64,000 nt of DNA from Longimicrobiales bacterium (GCA_035513295.1 DATKCH010000103.1:2852-66851); one strand, 5' to 3'; counted from the stretch's first letter, positions 1-10,978 are shown. Translations and numbers: made by a program. The notes: generated from the letters alone by a model not told the origin.

Positions 1-328
1 GTCTCGCCGGGGAGGGGTACCTTCCGGAGCGGCAGGAACGCCATGCGGAGCCTCGATCGGGGACCGGGTCGCGGACGCGGCGACCGCGCCGCGCCGCTCC
101 GGACCAGCATACGCGAAACGGCGGGACGCGGTCAATGCGATGTGGGGCGTACGCCGCCCCTTGACGTCGCGCACCGCACGCGCGACGCTCTCGCCGTCGT
201 GGAGGAGCCGCCAATGGAATCCCCGGACGATTCCGGGGTAGGTAGGGCGGACCGAGCCGCCGCTGCTCCTACATCGACCGCGCGCCCTTCTTCGGACGCA
301 CCCGCTGCAACACGGAAGGCTGAACGCC

Positions 329-877
<549 letters not shown>

Positions 878-899
878 CTGCCCGGATAGGCCCGGGTAG

Positions 900-2513
<1,614 letters not shown>

Positions 2514-2518
2514 GGAAC

Positions 2519-2956
2519 ATGAACCCAGCCAAGAGCCCCGACGACGTGGCGCCTCAGAGGCGCGTCCGCCTGATGTCGGTGGTCCGCACGCCCGAGACCG
2601 ACGGCCGGCTGCGCGTGCGGGTGGAGCTGGAGTGGCAGGGACGGACGTACCAGGGGGAGGCGATCGACGAGTCGGGCTACGTGATCGAACTGCGTACGGC
2701 GGCGATCGCGGCGCTGGAGGCGGTCAGTGAGACGGCCGATGGGCTGAGCGCGCGCGTCGTCGGCGCCAAGGAAGTCCGCGCCTTCGACCACTCGCTGATC
2801 GTGGTGGCGGTAGCCGCCGACTCCGAGCGCGGCGCAACGTCGCTCGTCGGCGCCGTGCTGCGCGGTTCCGACCCCGCGCGCGCGGCGGCGATGGCCCTCC
2901 TGCAGTCGCTCAATCGCGTGCTCGGAAATTACCTGCGCGTGTCCGAGGATGGCTGA
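2519..2956 (+). CDS. hypothetical protein, paralogous to the C-terminal half of the 28336-29118 product
   Basis: 145-aa ATG ORF starting 5 nt after the guaB stop, with high GC3. Shares the pattern V.VE..G....GEA......R.AA.A.L.AV ... L.GA....P..AA..A.L...NR with the other gene. Confidence 0.6.
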   Translation: MNPAKSPDDVAPQRRVRLMSVVRTPETDGRLRVRVELEWQGRTYQGEAIDESGYVIELRTAAIAALEAVSETADGLSARVVGAKEVRAFDHSLIVVAVAADSERGATSLVGAVLRGSDPARAAAMALLQSLNRVLGNYLRVSEDG

Positions 2957-3072
2957 GACTCCGGAACCGCCTCGATCGTCATAGTGTACGTCTCTCGGCC
3001 CCGGTAGACCGCCGGGGCGCTACCCGCAGGGCAATCTTGAACGGCGAGGACGCTTTGCACGCACGGTTCGGC

Positions 3073-4242
3073 ATGAAGCGATCCGCAGCGATCGGGATGG
3101 GTGTCGTCATGGGCGGCATCGTGGCCGCCGGCACGATCTCCCCGGGCGAGCGCGATCGGAGCGGCGCCGACCTGATCGCCGACGCCGGCGCCGAGGCCGC
3201 CGACATGGCCTGGGACCTGCCCAACGTCGCCCACGACCGCGTCGAGTTCTGGGTCGATTTCCTCACCGGGCGCAACGAGGAGTACACGCGCCTGTGGCTG
3301 GAGCGGTCTACCCGCTATGAGCCGCTGATCCGGCGGGAGCTGCGCGCGCGCGGCATGCCTCAGGACCTGTTCTACTTCGCCATGATCGAGAGCGGCTTTT
3401 CCAACCGCGCCCACTCGCGCGCGGGCGCCGCGGGCATGTGGCAGTTCATCTCCGAAACGGGCCAGCGCTACGGGCTCGAGGTCAACGCCCACGTCGACGA
3501 GCGCCGCGATCCCGTGGCCTCCACGCACGCCGCGCTGGACTACCTGACAGACATGCACGGCGACTTCGGCAGCTGGTATCTGGCGGCCGCCGGGTACAAC
3601 AGCGGGCACAACCGCATCCGCCGGATCCTGAACGAACGGTTCGGCGGGCGGGGCGGGAGCGAGGAGACGTTCTGGCTGATCGCCGACGAGCTTCCCCAGG
3701 AGACCCGCGACTACGTCCCGCTTATGATCGCGGCCGCCCGCATCGGCAAGGATCCGGAGCGCTACGGATTCACCGACCTCCGATACGCCGCTCCGCTGTC
3801 CTACGAAGAGGTCATCGTCCCGGGGGGCGTCAGCCTCGCCGCGGTGGCCGACCTGGCCGGAGTGGAGTTCGAAGACGTGGACGAGTTGAACGCGCACTTC
3901 GTGCTGGACGAGACCCCCGCGAACGCCCAGGAGGTGGCGGTGCGCCTGCCCGCGGGCAGCGCGGACGCCTTCCGCGCCGGCGTGGCGCGCATCGCCGCCG
4001 GCAGGGCCGGCGCGCTCGCGTCGACCGCGGCGGCGCTGGCTAAGGGGGCGGGCGAAGAGGGCGTGCTCGCGTCGGCCGACGGCGCCGAGGGGTGGACGAC
4101 GTACGCCGTTCGCAGCGGCGACACCCTGTGGGACATTGCCAAGCGGTACCGCGTCGGCGTGTCAGACCTGCGGGAGTGGAACTCGCTTCGCACTTCCAGG
4201 ATCAAGCCGGGCCAGGAACTGCGGGTGCCTGCGGGCGCGTAG
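3073..4242 (+). CDS. lytic murein transglycosylase (SLT domain) with a C-terminal LysM domain, MltD-like
   Basis: SLT motifs MIESGFSNRAHSRAGAAGMWQF and AAGYNSG. C-terminal LysM YAVRSGDTLWDIAKRYRVGVSDLREWNSL. The ATG at 3073 (MKRSAAIGMGVV, signal-anchor-like) is preferred to the TTG at 3037. Confidence 0.85.
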   Translation: MKRSAAIGMGVVMGGIVAAGTISPGERDRSGADLIADAGAEAADMAWDLPNVAHDRVEFWVDFLTGRNEEYTRLWLERSTRYEPLIRRELRARGMPQDLFYFAMIESGFSNRAHSRAGAAGMWQFISETGQRYGLEVNAHVDERRDPVASTHAALDYLTDMHGDFGSWYLAAAGYNSGHNRIRRILNERFGGRGGSEETFWLIADELPQETRDYVPLMIAAARIGKDPERYGFTDLRYAAPLSYEEVIVPGGVSLAAVADLAGVEFEDVDELNAHFVLDETPANAQEVAVRLPAGSADAFRAGVARIAAGRAGALASTAAALAKGAGEEGVLASADGAEGWTTYAVRSGDTLWDIAKRYRVGVSDLREWNSLRTSRIKPGQELRVPAGA

Positions 4243-4266
4243 AAAAGGCGCCCGTGGTGGGCGCCT
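4242..4266 (-). terminator. intrinsic terminator hairpin for the minus-strand SLT gene, possibly bidirectional
   Basis: AGGCGCCC (4246-4253) pairs with GGGCGCCT (4259-4266) around a 5-nt loop. On the minus strand the hairpin is followed by TTTTCT. It lies between two convergent stop codons (4242 and 4271). Confidence 0.6.
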
Positions 4267-4270
4267 CGCT

Positions 4271-4879
4271 TCAGGGAACCGCCAACTCCATTACGGCTCG
4301 GGCGTAGCCGTTGCCCGGGTCCACCCCAAGGCTCTGCAGCGAATCCACGCGCGTGGGGCCGCGGTTGTAGGCGAGCAGCGCCGTGCGCAGGTCGCCGTCG
4401 TAGCGGTCGATGAGGCCGCGCAGGTACCGGAAGCCCACGCGCAGGTTCGTGCCTCGCCGGAACAGGTCGGTGCGGTCGAGCCGCGGATCCACCCCGAACG
4501 CCGTGCTGGGCAGGACCTGGGTCAGCCCGACCGCCCCCATCGAACTCACCGCCCTCGGCCGGAAGCTGCTCTCCACGCGCACGAGTGCGAAAGCCAGCTC
4601 GGGTTCGACGCCCTCGGCCTCGGCGGCGTCGTAGATGTCGCCGGACAGGTCGGCCGGAATCCCGAAGCGCGCGGAGAACGTGACGACGCGGTCGAGCCGG
4701 GTGATCCTGTCGAGCAGCACCGCCTTCTCGCCGGCCCTGAGCTCGCCGTGGATCTGGCGGCGCGCGGCGTCCTCCCACCCGCGGGCCGCGCGTTCCCTGG
4801 TGGCGGCGTCCGGACCGCTGCCCATGCTCGCCAACCCCACGAGCACGACCGCGCCGGCCATCACGCCCGCTCGCTTCAC
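4271..4879 (-). CDS. soluble lytic transglycosylase family protein (SLT domain)
   Basis: LAFALVRVESSFRPRAVSSMGAVGLTQV and LLAYNRGP motifs. The start is uncertain: GTG at 4879 gives MKRAGVMAGAVVLVGLASMG (signal-like), and ATG at 4861 is the alternative. The upstream part of the 355-aa track ORF is Arg/Pro-rich shadow. Confidence 0.8.
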   Translation of the reverse strand: MKRAGVMAGAVVLVGLASMGSGPDAATRERAARGWEDAARRQIHGELRAGEKAVLLDRITRLDRVVTFSARFGIPADLSGDIYDAAEAEGVEPELAFALVRVESSFRPRAVSSMGAVGLTQVLPSTAFGVDPRLDRTDLFRRGTNLRVGFRYLRGLIDRYDGDLRTALLAYNRGPTRVDSLQSLGVDPGNGYARAVMELAVP

Positions 4880-5076
4880 GACCGCGGGCCCGGGGATCCC
4901 CAGCCGGCCGGCCAGGGACCAGGCGCGTGCGGACCGGACGCGTCGGGGTCGCGGGCGCCTGCGGCGCGGAGCGGGGTGCGCTACCCGCGCCGGGTCGGAA
5001 CGACGCGCGGCCGGAACCTGGCGCGCCGGCGCCTCGTCGAACTCGGGCCACCCCGCGATCGGGGCGCGGCCGCGCC

Positions 5077-5550
5077 TCACGACGGGTCCTCCTCGGCCCA
5101 CGTGCCGGAACGGCCGCCTTCCTTGCGCACCACCCGCACGTCCTGCAGCCGCATGCCACGGTCCAGCGCCTTCGCCATGTCGTACACGGTCAGCAGGGAG
5201 GCCGTGACCGCGGTGAGCGCTTCCATCTCGACCCCGGTGCGCGCGCGGGCACGGACGCACGCGCGCGCGCGTATGCCCGGGAGCGCCCCATCGACCCACA
5301 GCTCCACGTCGGCCGCGGTCAGCGGCAGGGGATGGCACAGCGGGATCAGGTCCGGTGTGCGCTTGGCCCCCTGGATGCCGGCGATCCGGCCTACCGCGAG
5401 CGGGTCGCCCTTGGGCCCCTCACCGCGCACGATGGCCTCCAGCGTCGCCGCCCGCATGCGCAGCGCGCCTTCGGCGACGGCCACGCGTTGCGTGACGTCC
5501 TTGTCGCCTACATCGACCATACGGGGAGAGAGGGCGTTGGAGGTGTGCAC
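5077..5550 (-). CDS. moaC: cyclic pyranopterin monophosphate synthase MoaC
   Basis: MVDVGDKDVTQRVAVAEG, IPLCHPLPL and VEMEALTAVTASLLTVYDM motifs. GTG start. Confidence 0.93.
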   Translation of the reverse strand: MHTSNALSPRMVDVGDKDVTQRVAVAEGALRMRAATLEAIVRGEGPKGDPLAVGRIAGIQGAKRTPDLIPLCHPLPLTAADVELWVDGALPGIRARACVRARARTGVEMEALTAVTASLLTVYDMAKALDRGMRLQDVRVVRKEGGRSGTWAEEDPS

Positions 5551-5689
5551 CCCGGAAATCTAGCCGCGCATCCGGCGCCTGAGTAGCCCGGCGTTGGCCG
5601 ATCTCGCGCAATTGGTTGAATCACTTACAGATAGCCCGCACCCGCGCCGCCTCCCTCGGGCGCGGTACCGCGCTCTCCGGAGCGTCCCC

Positions 5690-6829
5690 TCAGCGAGCCG
5701 CGCGGCGCAGCTCGGAGAGCAGCTCCAGCGTGACCAGCTGGGGATCGGCGTTTCGACGCGCCGCCTCCAGCGCGCGGTCGATGGCGGCCAGCGCGTCCCC
5801 CGCGCGCTCGGCCGCGTGGGGCGCGGCCGCCGACCACGCGCGCACCCGATCCAGCCGGTCGGCGTTGATCACCGCGTCCTCGCCGGCGCTCGCCTGCGCG
5901 GCGATGTCGCGAAACCAGCCGGCGAGCAGGTCCAGCGTCTGCGCGAATTCCCCGCGCGACCCCGACACCGGCGCCGCGAGCGCGGCCGCCCAGCGGGGCG
6001 CCTCGTCGTCCGACAGCGCGGCCTCGACCAGGCGCGCGGCGCGCTCCCGCGCGCCGTCCTCGTCCTCGGTTTCCGCGAGCAGCGCGAGCGCGCGCCCGAT
6101 GGAACCGTCGCAGAGGGAGCCGACCACGGCCGCTCGGTCCTGCTCGACGCCGGCGTGCTCGGACAGGAAGGCGGCGGCCACGTCCGCCGGAACGGGTCCC
6201 AGCCGGATCGCCACGACGCGCGACCGGATCGTGGGCAGGAGCGCGTCCGGCACCGCCGTCGTGATCACGACGTGGGTATCGGGGGGTGGCTCCTCCAGGA
6301 GCTTCAGAAACGCGTTGGCGGCCTCCTGGCTGGCCTCCTGGGGCACCATCGCCTCCGCATCCCCCACCACCAGCACCCGCCGGCGCGCCATCGCGGGACG
6401 GGCGGACACGGCGCGCCGCATCTGGTGGACCTGAGCCAGATAGATGCCGGTGATCTCGTCGGGGTCGCGGGGCGCCAGGGGCTCGGCGCGATGCGCTTCG
6501 AGGCGAGCGGCGCGTGCATCTTCCAGCGCCGACGCGAGCCGGTTCCCGCTCGCCCCCTTGGGTCGCGCAAGAGGGAAGAACCAGTGCACGTCGGGGTGTT
6601 CCAGCCGGCCGGCCAGCGCGCACCCCCGGCACTCGCCGCACGGCCCGGCGGCGCAGGGATCCTCGCATATCAGGAGCTGCCCGAGCCAGAGAGCCACGCG
6701 CTGCTTGCCCACGCCCGGCGGCCCGTGCACGAGGAGGGACTGCGGCAGGCGGCCCTCGGCGAACGCGCGGGCGAGCGCCGCGCGTTCCCGCTCGTGGCCG
6801 GCAACGGGCGGCAGGGCCATCCGCGCCAT
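5690..6829 (-). CDS. holB: DNA polymerase III subunit delta-prime
   Basis: LPQSLLVHGPPGVGK Walker-like motif followed by the Cys cluster CGECRGC and HPDVHWF, at a typical HolB length. Confidence 0.85.
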   Translation of the reverse strand: MARMALPPVAGHERERAALARAFAEGRLPQSLLVHGPPGVGKQRVALWLGQLLICEDPCAAGPCGECRGCALAGRLEHPDVHWFFPLARPKGASGNRLASALEDARAARLEAHRAEPLAPRDPDEITGIYLAQVHQMRRAVSARPAMARRRVLVVGDAEAMVPQEASQEAANAFLKLLEEPPPDTHVVITTAVPDALLPTIRSRVVAIRLGPVPADVAAAFLSEHAGVEQDRAAVVGSLCDGSIGRALALLAETEDEDGARERAARLVEAALSDDEAPRWAAALAAPVSGSRGEFAQTLDLLAGWFRDIAAQASAGEDAVINADRLDRVRAWSAAAPHAAERAGDALAAIDRALEAARRNADPQLVTLELLSELRRAAR

Positions 6830-8118
6830 CAGCGGCGCCCGCTCAACCAGGCGAGCGGATCCACCGCCTCCGGCACGCCGCCGCGCACCGGTACGCGCAC
6901 CTGGAACTCGATATGGGCGCCCTCGGGCGTGCCCTCCCCTCCCACCGTCCCGATCAGCTGGCCCTTGGCCACCCGATCGCCCACGCCGACCCGCATCGAT
7001 CGCAGGTACAGGTAGAGCGTGTAGTAGCCGCCGCCGTGACTGACCCAGACCGAGGGGCCGTAGCCCTCGAAGGGCCCCGCGTGGACCACGGAGCCGTCCT
7101 CCACGGCCCGTACCGGCGCGCCCGCCGGGGCGCTGATGCCCACGCCGTTCCAGCGCAGCACGACGCCGTTGGCGCGTCGCTCGGGACCGAACCGATACGC
7201 GATGCTGCCGTCCACGGGCCAGTCCAGCGATCCCAGATCGGAGCGGTCGAGGGATCCGGAGCCCTCGGCGCCGCTCGCGATGGCGTTGCGGCGCTCCGCC
7301 TCCAGCCGGCGCCTCTCCAGCTCGGCGATCGCGTCGGAGAGGCTACGCTCGTCGGCCTCCAGCTCGCCCAGCCGCGAGCGCGTGTCGGCCTCTCTTCGCC
7401 GGACCCCCTGAAGCGCGGTCTGCGCCTGCCCCTCCAGCCGCTCGAGGCGGGCAACCTCGGCGATCTTGTCGCTGCGCAGGCGCTCGAGGTCGCGCAGGCT
7501 GATGCGCAGGTCCTGCTCCTGGGCGATCAGCTCGGCCTCGAGGGCGCTCACGTCGCTGACCAGCAGCTGCTCGGCCAGCGCGATCTGCTGCAGGTACTTG
7601 TAGCGGGTCAGCAGGTCCCCGAAGCTCTGCGCCCCGAGCAGGACCCGCGCGGTGTGGAGCGGTCCCCGCATGTAGATCGTACGGAGCCGCCGGTGCAGCA
7701 CCGCCTTGCGGTCCTTGAGCTGGTCGCGCGTGCGGGTGAGTTCGCCCGAGATCTCCTCCGCGCGCGTCGCGAGCGCGGCGGTCTGGAAGTCCATCTCCCG
7801 AAGCGCCGCCACGCTGGCGTCCACCTGCTCCTCGATGTTGGCGACCCGGCGCGAGGCGTTCTGCACCTGGCCGGTGAGGTCGTTCATCTCCCGCTGGAGG
7901 CGCTCCCGCTCCGCGCGGATCTGCTCCAGTCGCTGCCGGCTCTCCTGGATGTCCCGAGTCACCTGCGCGGTCGCGGGAAGCTCGTCGGACGCGGTGAGCG
8001 CGATCGCGGCCAGCATCGCGAGCGCGCCGCGCCGGGCGCCGGCGCGGCGGTGTGGGCGTCGCGCACCGGACGACGTCGGCGCGCGCGCAGCCGGGGGCGC
8101 TCCCGGCGGCCTATACAT
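6829..8118 (-). CDS. EnvC-like coiled-coil protein with a degenerate LytM (M23) domain
   Basis: Signal-like N-terminus (RRGALAMLAAIALTAS), about 230 aa of heptad-rich coiled coil, and a C-terminal M23 fold (GVGISAPAGAPVRAV...AHIEFQVR). The HxxxD and HxH metal ligands appear substituted, as in EnvC-type amidase activators. It lies directly after ftsEX. The ATG at 8118 was chosen; the rest of the 783-aa track ORF is shadow over ftsX. Confidence 0.8.
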   Translation of the reverse strand: MYRPPGAPPAARAPTSSGARRPHRRAGARRGALAMLAAIALTASDELPATAQVTRDIQESRQRLEQIRAERERLQREMNDLTGQVQNASRRVANIEEQVDASVAALREMDFQTAALATRAEEISGELTRTRDQLKDRKAVLHRRLRTIYMRGPLHTARVLLGAQSFGDLLTRYKYLQQIALAEQLLVSDVSALEAELIAQEQDLRISLRDLERLRSDKIAEVARLERLEGQAQTALQGVRRREADTRSRLGELEADERSLSDAIAELERRRLEAERRNAIASGAEGSGSLDRSDLGSLDWPVDGSIAYRFGPERRANGVVLRWNGVGISAPAGAPVRAVEDGSVVHAGPFEGYGPSVWVSHGGGYYTLYLYLRSMRVGVGDRVAKGQLIGTVGGEGTPEGAHIEFQVRVPVRGGVPEAVDPLAWLSGRR

Positions 8119-8129
8119 CCGGGCGCCCC

Positions 8130-8984
8130 TCACGCCGTGCGCAGGTAGCGGCGGACCGCGATCGCGCTCGCCATCATGCCGAGCAGCGCGCCCGCCACGA
8201 GGCCGAGGGCGACCCACTCCGGGGGCATCCAGGCGAGCTGGACGACGCGCCCCGACAGGACCCGGTACACGAAGTAGGTGCCGCCCAGCGCCGCGGCGCC
8301 TCCGAGAATCCCCGTGAACAGCCCCTCCAGCAGGAACGGACCCCGGATGAAGCGGTCCGCCGCGCCGACCAGGTGCATGATCTCGATCTCCTCCCTGCGG
8401 GCGAAGATCGATATGCGGACGGCGGCGCCGATGATCAGCGCCGCGACGAGCCCGAACGTGATGCCGAGCACGACGCTCGCGGCGCCGGCGACCTTGCGCA
8501 GCAGGAATACCTTGTCCAGCCAGTCCGCGCCGAAGCGGACGTCCTCCACGATGGGCGATTCGCTCGCCGCCGCGGCCACCGCGCGAACGCCGTCGGCGTC
8601 CCGGTACGCGGACACCATGCGGATCTCCATCGACGCGGGCAGAGGGTTCGAGTCGAGAGACGAGAAGATGGAATCGAACTCGGCCATGTCGCGTCGGGCG
8701 GACTCGAGCGCCTGCTCGCGCGTGATGTAGAACACCTCGGCGACGTCCGGACGCTCCGCGAGCGCCTCCTGCAGCTCGAGAACCTCGCGGGGAGAGGCGG
8801 AGTCGCGCAGGTAGGCCACGATCTCGACGCGCGCCTCGACGTCGTCCAGGACGCGGCTCACGTTCCAGCTCGCGACCCCGAATAGACCCACCACGAGGAG
8901 CGAAAGCCCGATCATGGCGGCAGACAGGGCGGTCAGCAGGGGCGCCCGGCGGAACGCGGCCAGCGCCTCTCGCAACGCGTGCAT
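8130..8984 (-). CDS. ftsX: cell division permease FtsX
   Basis: 284 aa with the FtsX topology (N-terminal TM, periplasmic loop, three C-terminal TMs). It follows ftsE with a 1-nt overlap. Confidence 0.85.
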   Translation of the reverse strand: MHALREALAAFRRAPLLTALSAAMIGLSLLVVGLFGVASWNVSRVLDDVEARVEIVAYLRDSASPREVLELQEALAERPDVAEVFYITREQALESARRDMAEFDSIFSSLDSNPLPASMEIRMVSAYRDADGVRAVAAAASESPIVEDVRFGADWLDKVFLLRKVAGAASVVLGITFGLVAALIIGAAVRISIFARREEIEIMHLVGAADRFIRGPFLLEGLFTGILGGAAALGGTYFVYRVLSGRVVQLAWMPPEWVALGLVAGALLGMMASAIAVRRYLRTA

Positions 8985-9661
8985 TACGCCGCGCCTCGCT
9001 CGGCCGAGTCGAACACCACCTTGCCCTGATCGAGCTCCAGCACCCGCGCGAACGCGGCGCGACGCACCAGCTCCAGGTCGTGCGTGGCCAAGACGATCGC
9101 GGTGCCCGCGGCGTTGATCTCACGAAACAGGTCGAAGATGCCGCGCGTGGCGCGCTCGTCCAGGTTGCCGGTCGGCTCATCCGCCAGCAGGACGAGCGGA
9201 TCGTTGGCGAGCGCGCGAGCGACCGCGACGCGCTGCTGCTCGCCGCCGGAGAGCTGGCTCGGCAGGGCGCCGGACTTGGCGGCGAGCCCGACCTGGCCGA
9301 GCAGCTTCGCCACCCGCGGCCGGATCTCGGAACGCCGGACCCCCGTCACCTCGAGCGCGAACGCCACGTTCTGCGCGGCCGATCGATCCTGGAGCAGCCG
9401 GAAGTCCTGGAACACGTAGCCTATCTTGCGGCGCAGGCGGGCGACGTCGCGGCGGCGCACCTTGGAGGCGGAGTACCCGCTCACGCGCACATCGCCGGAG
9501 GTGGGCCGCTCGGCCATGTGCAGGAGCTTCAGCACGGTCGATTTGCCCGCGCCGCTGTGGCCCGTGAGGAAGCAGAAATCGCCCTTGGCGAGCTGGAAGC
9601 TGACGCCGTCCAGCGCGGTCGCCCGGGCGTACCGCTTGACTACGTTCTCGAACCGGATCAT
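8984..9661 (-). CDS. ftsE: cell division ATP-binding protein FtsE
   Basis: [11 protein letters not shown], Walker [10 protein letters not shown], signature [14 protein letters not shown] and Walker [12 protein letters not shown]. The ATG at 9661 overlaps the pdxA stop (ATGA). Confidence 0.92.
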   Translation of the reverse strand: MIRFENVVKRYARATALDGVSFQLAKGDFCFLTGHSGAGKSTVLKLLHMAERPTSGDVRVSGYSASKVRRRDVARLRRKIGYVFQDFRLLQDRSAAQNVAFALEVTGVRRSEIRPRVAKLLGQVGLAAKSGALPSQLSGGEQQRVAVARALANDPLVLLADEPTGNLDERATRGIFDLFREINAAGTAIVLATHDLELVRRAAFARVLELDQGKVVFDSAERGAA

Positions 9662-10605
9662 TCCGAGTCGCCCCCGACCCCCCCTCCCCGCGTCGCCAGG
9701 CGGGCAGCGAGGCCGATCGCCTCGCACATGGAAGTTGGGTCCGCGACCCCCTTTCCGGCAATGTCCGCCGCGGTTCCGTGGTCCGGGGACGTGCGCGGGA
9801 AGGGGAGCCCGAGCGTGACGTTGACGCCCAGGCCGAAGCTCGCGGTCTTGAACGCCGCCATGCCCACGTCGTGATAGGGCGCGACGACCGCATCGAATTC
9901 CCCTCGCAGCGCGCGTACGAAGACCGTGTCGGCGGGGAAAGGACCCTCGGCGCGCACGCCCGCCGCGCGCAGCTCCTCCAGCGCCGGCGCGAAGACCGTC
10001 GCCTCCTCGTCCCCGAAGAGGCCGCCGTCGGACGCGTGCGGATTCAGCGCGCAGAACGCGATGCGGGGTTCGGGAATCCCCCAACCCGCGCGCAGGCCGG
10101 CGGCCGTCAGCCGACCCTGACGGACCAGCAGGTCGGCGGTCAGCGCCGAAGCCACGGCCGACAGCGCGATGTGCGTGGTGGCGAGGACGACGCGCAGCGG
10201 ACCCCCGAGGTGCGTGCGCTCCGCGACCATCAGCATGGCGACGTCCGGCGCGCCGGTGAGCCGCTGCAGCATCTCGGTGTGGCCGGCGTACGCGTAGCCG
10301 CCGAGTTGGAGCGCGTTCTTGTCGATCGGGGCGGTGACGAGCGCGTCGACACGACCCGCGAGCGCCGCCGCCGCGGCGGCCTCGATCGCGTTGCCCGCCA
10401 GCCGTCCGGCCAGGGCGGCGCCGGCGCCGGGACGCCACTCGCCCACGGCCTCGAACGCGCTCCCCTCCGGCTCCACACCGGATCCCTCGGGCCCGAACAC
10501 GGTGAACGCGGCGAGCCCGGCATGACGGGCCAGCGCCGCGGCCGTGATCTCGGGTCCGATGCCCCTCGGATCCCCCAGGGTGAGCGCGATGCGCGGTCGG
10601 CTCAT
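9658..10605 (-). CDS. pdxA: 4-hydroxythreonine-4-phosphate dehydrogenase
   Basis: IALTLGDPRGIGPEI, GHTEML, ALNPHASDGG and PDHGTA motifs. The ATG at 10605 (MSRPRIAL) was chosen over the upstream track start. Confidence 0.9.
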   Translation of the reverse strand: MSRPRIALTLGDPRGIGPEITAAALARHAGLAAFTVFGPEGSGVEPEGSAFEAVGEWRPGAGAALAGRLAGNAIEAAAAAALAGRVDALVTAPIDKNALQLGGYAYAGHTEMLQRLTGAPDVAMLMVAERTHLGGPLRVVLATTHIALSAVASALTADLLVRQGRLTAAGLRAGWGIPEPRIAFCALNPHASDGGLFGDEEATVFAPALEELRAAGVRAEGPFPADTVFVRALRGEFDAVVAPYHDVGMAAFKTASFGLGVNVTLGLPFPRTSPDHGTAADIAGKGVADPTSMCEAIGLAARLATRGGGVGGDSE

Positions 10606-10625
10606 GGTGGCCCCGCGCCGGTGGC

Positions 10626-10978
10626 CTAGCAGGTCGCTGAAGAAGGGGAGCGAGCCGCGTTGGGAGCGCCACGGGGCCGGATGCAAGGCGGCGCGACGAC
10701 GCGATACCGCTGCGTATCGGGGAGGAGCGTCCAACGAAGCACACGGCCCCGTGCCGCCCCGCCCGAGGCCCGGCCCAGCGACCACGACTGCCGCGCCCGC
10801 CTCGGACTCGCCACGCGCGGCGTGGCGAGCACCCTACGGGCGCAGGGGGGTTGCGGGATCCAGCGTTCGTCTCTCCTCGTCGCCATAGCTTGAGCCATGC
10901 CTCCTCGTCGTTCCTGCCCTGGACACCCGCAAGCCCCCTGCTCGCGGCCGCACTGCCCTTCTTCAGCGACCTTGCTAG
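10626..10978. repeat. CTAG-bounded intergenic element of about 353 bp with a 22-bp terminal inverted repeat and nested stems (MITE-like or structured RNA)
   Basis: CTAGCAGGTCGCTGAAGAAGGG (10626-10647) is the reverse complement of CCCTTCTTCAGCGACCTTGCTAG (10956-10978) apart from one bulged base. The nested repeat 10842-10857/10926-10941 pairs at 15 of 16 positions. There are hairpins at 10807-10829, 10763-10769/10799-10805 and 10702-10719. A related copy lies at 41658-41785. Confidence 0.7.

Noticed and set aside
1-328. Coding potential at the left edge: track ORF 43..573, a possible gene end at 3..164 (+), and a possible minus-strand start at 44 (MAFLPLRKVPLPGE, running off the window).
   Set aside because: Frames within 45-328 have mixed third-position composition and Arg-rich translations. 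The putative minus-strand start has good GC3 but only 14 codons are visible, which is too little to support a call.
5560-5580. CTAGCCGCGCATCCGGCGCC as a fragment of the palindromic repeat family. Its reverse complement GGCGCCGGATGCGCGGCTAG resembles CTAG-GGCGCCATGCGCGG at 41658-41675.
   Set aside because: The similarity is short and GC-rich, and the CTAG is on the opposite side. There is no partner arm. It is noted only as a possible relic.
5642-5665. The hairpin CCGCGCC...GGCGCGG after the holB stop as a terminator.
   Set aside because: It is a 7-bp stem with a 10-nt loop and no U-tract on the relevant strand. It is indistinguishable from the background GC-rich palindromes common in this sequence.
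10626-10898. A 90-aa minus-strand ORF inside the palindromic element.
   Set aside because: It is Arg-rich and has many A/T-ending codons, unlike the very high GC3 of real genes here. It ends at the CTAG terminus and has no recognisable homology.
10626-10978. Whether the 353-nt structured spacer is a known housekeeping RNA (RNase P RNA, tmRNA, SRP/4.5S or 6S RNA).
   Set aside because: I found neither the RNase P GAGGAAAGUCC / ACAGAACCCGGCUUA-type blocks, a tRNA-like acceptor end with CCA and a tag ORF, nor the SRP GGAA-tetraloop helix-8 motif. The size does not fit 6S RNA. A covariance-model search would still be needed to exclude a divergent family.
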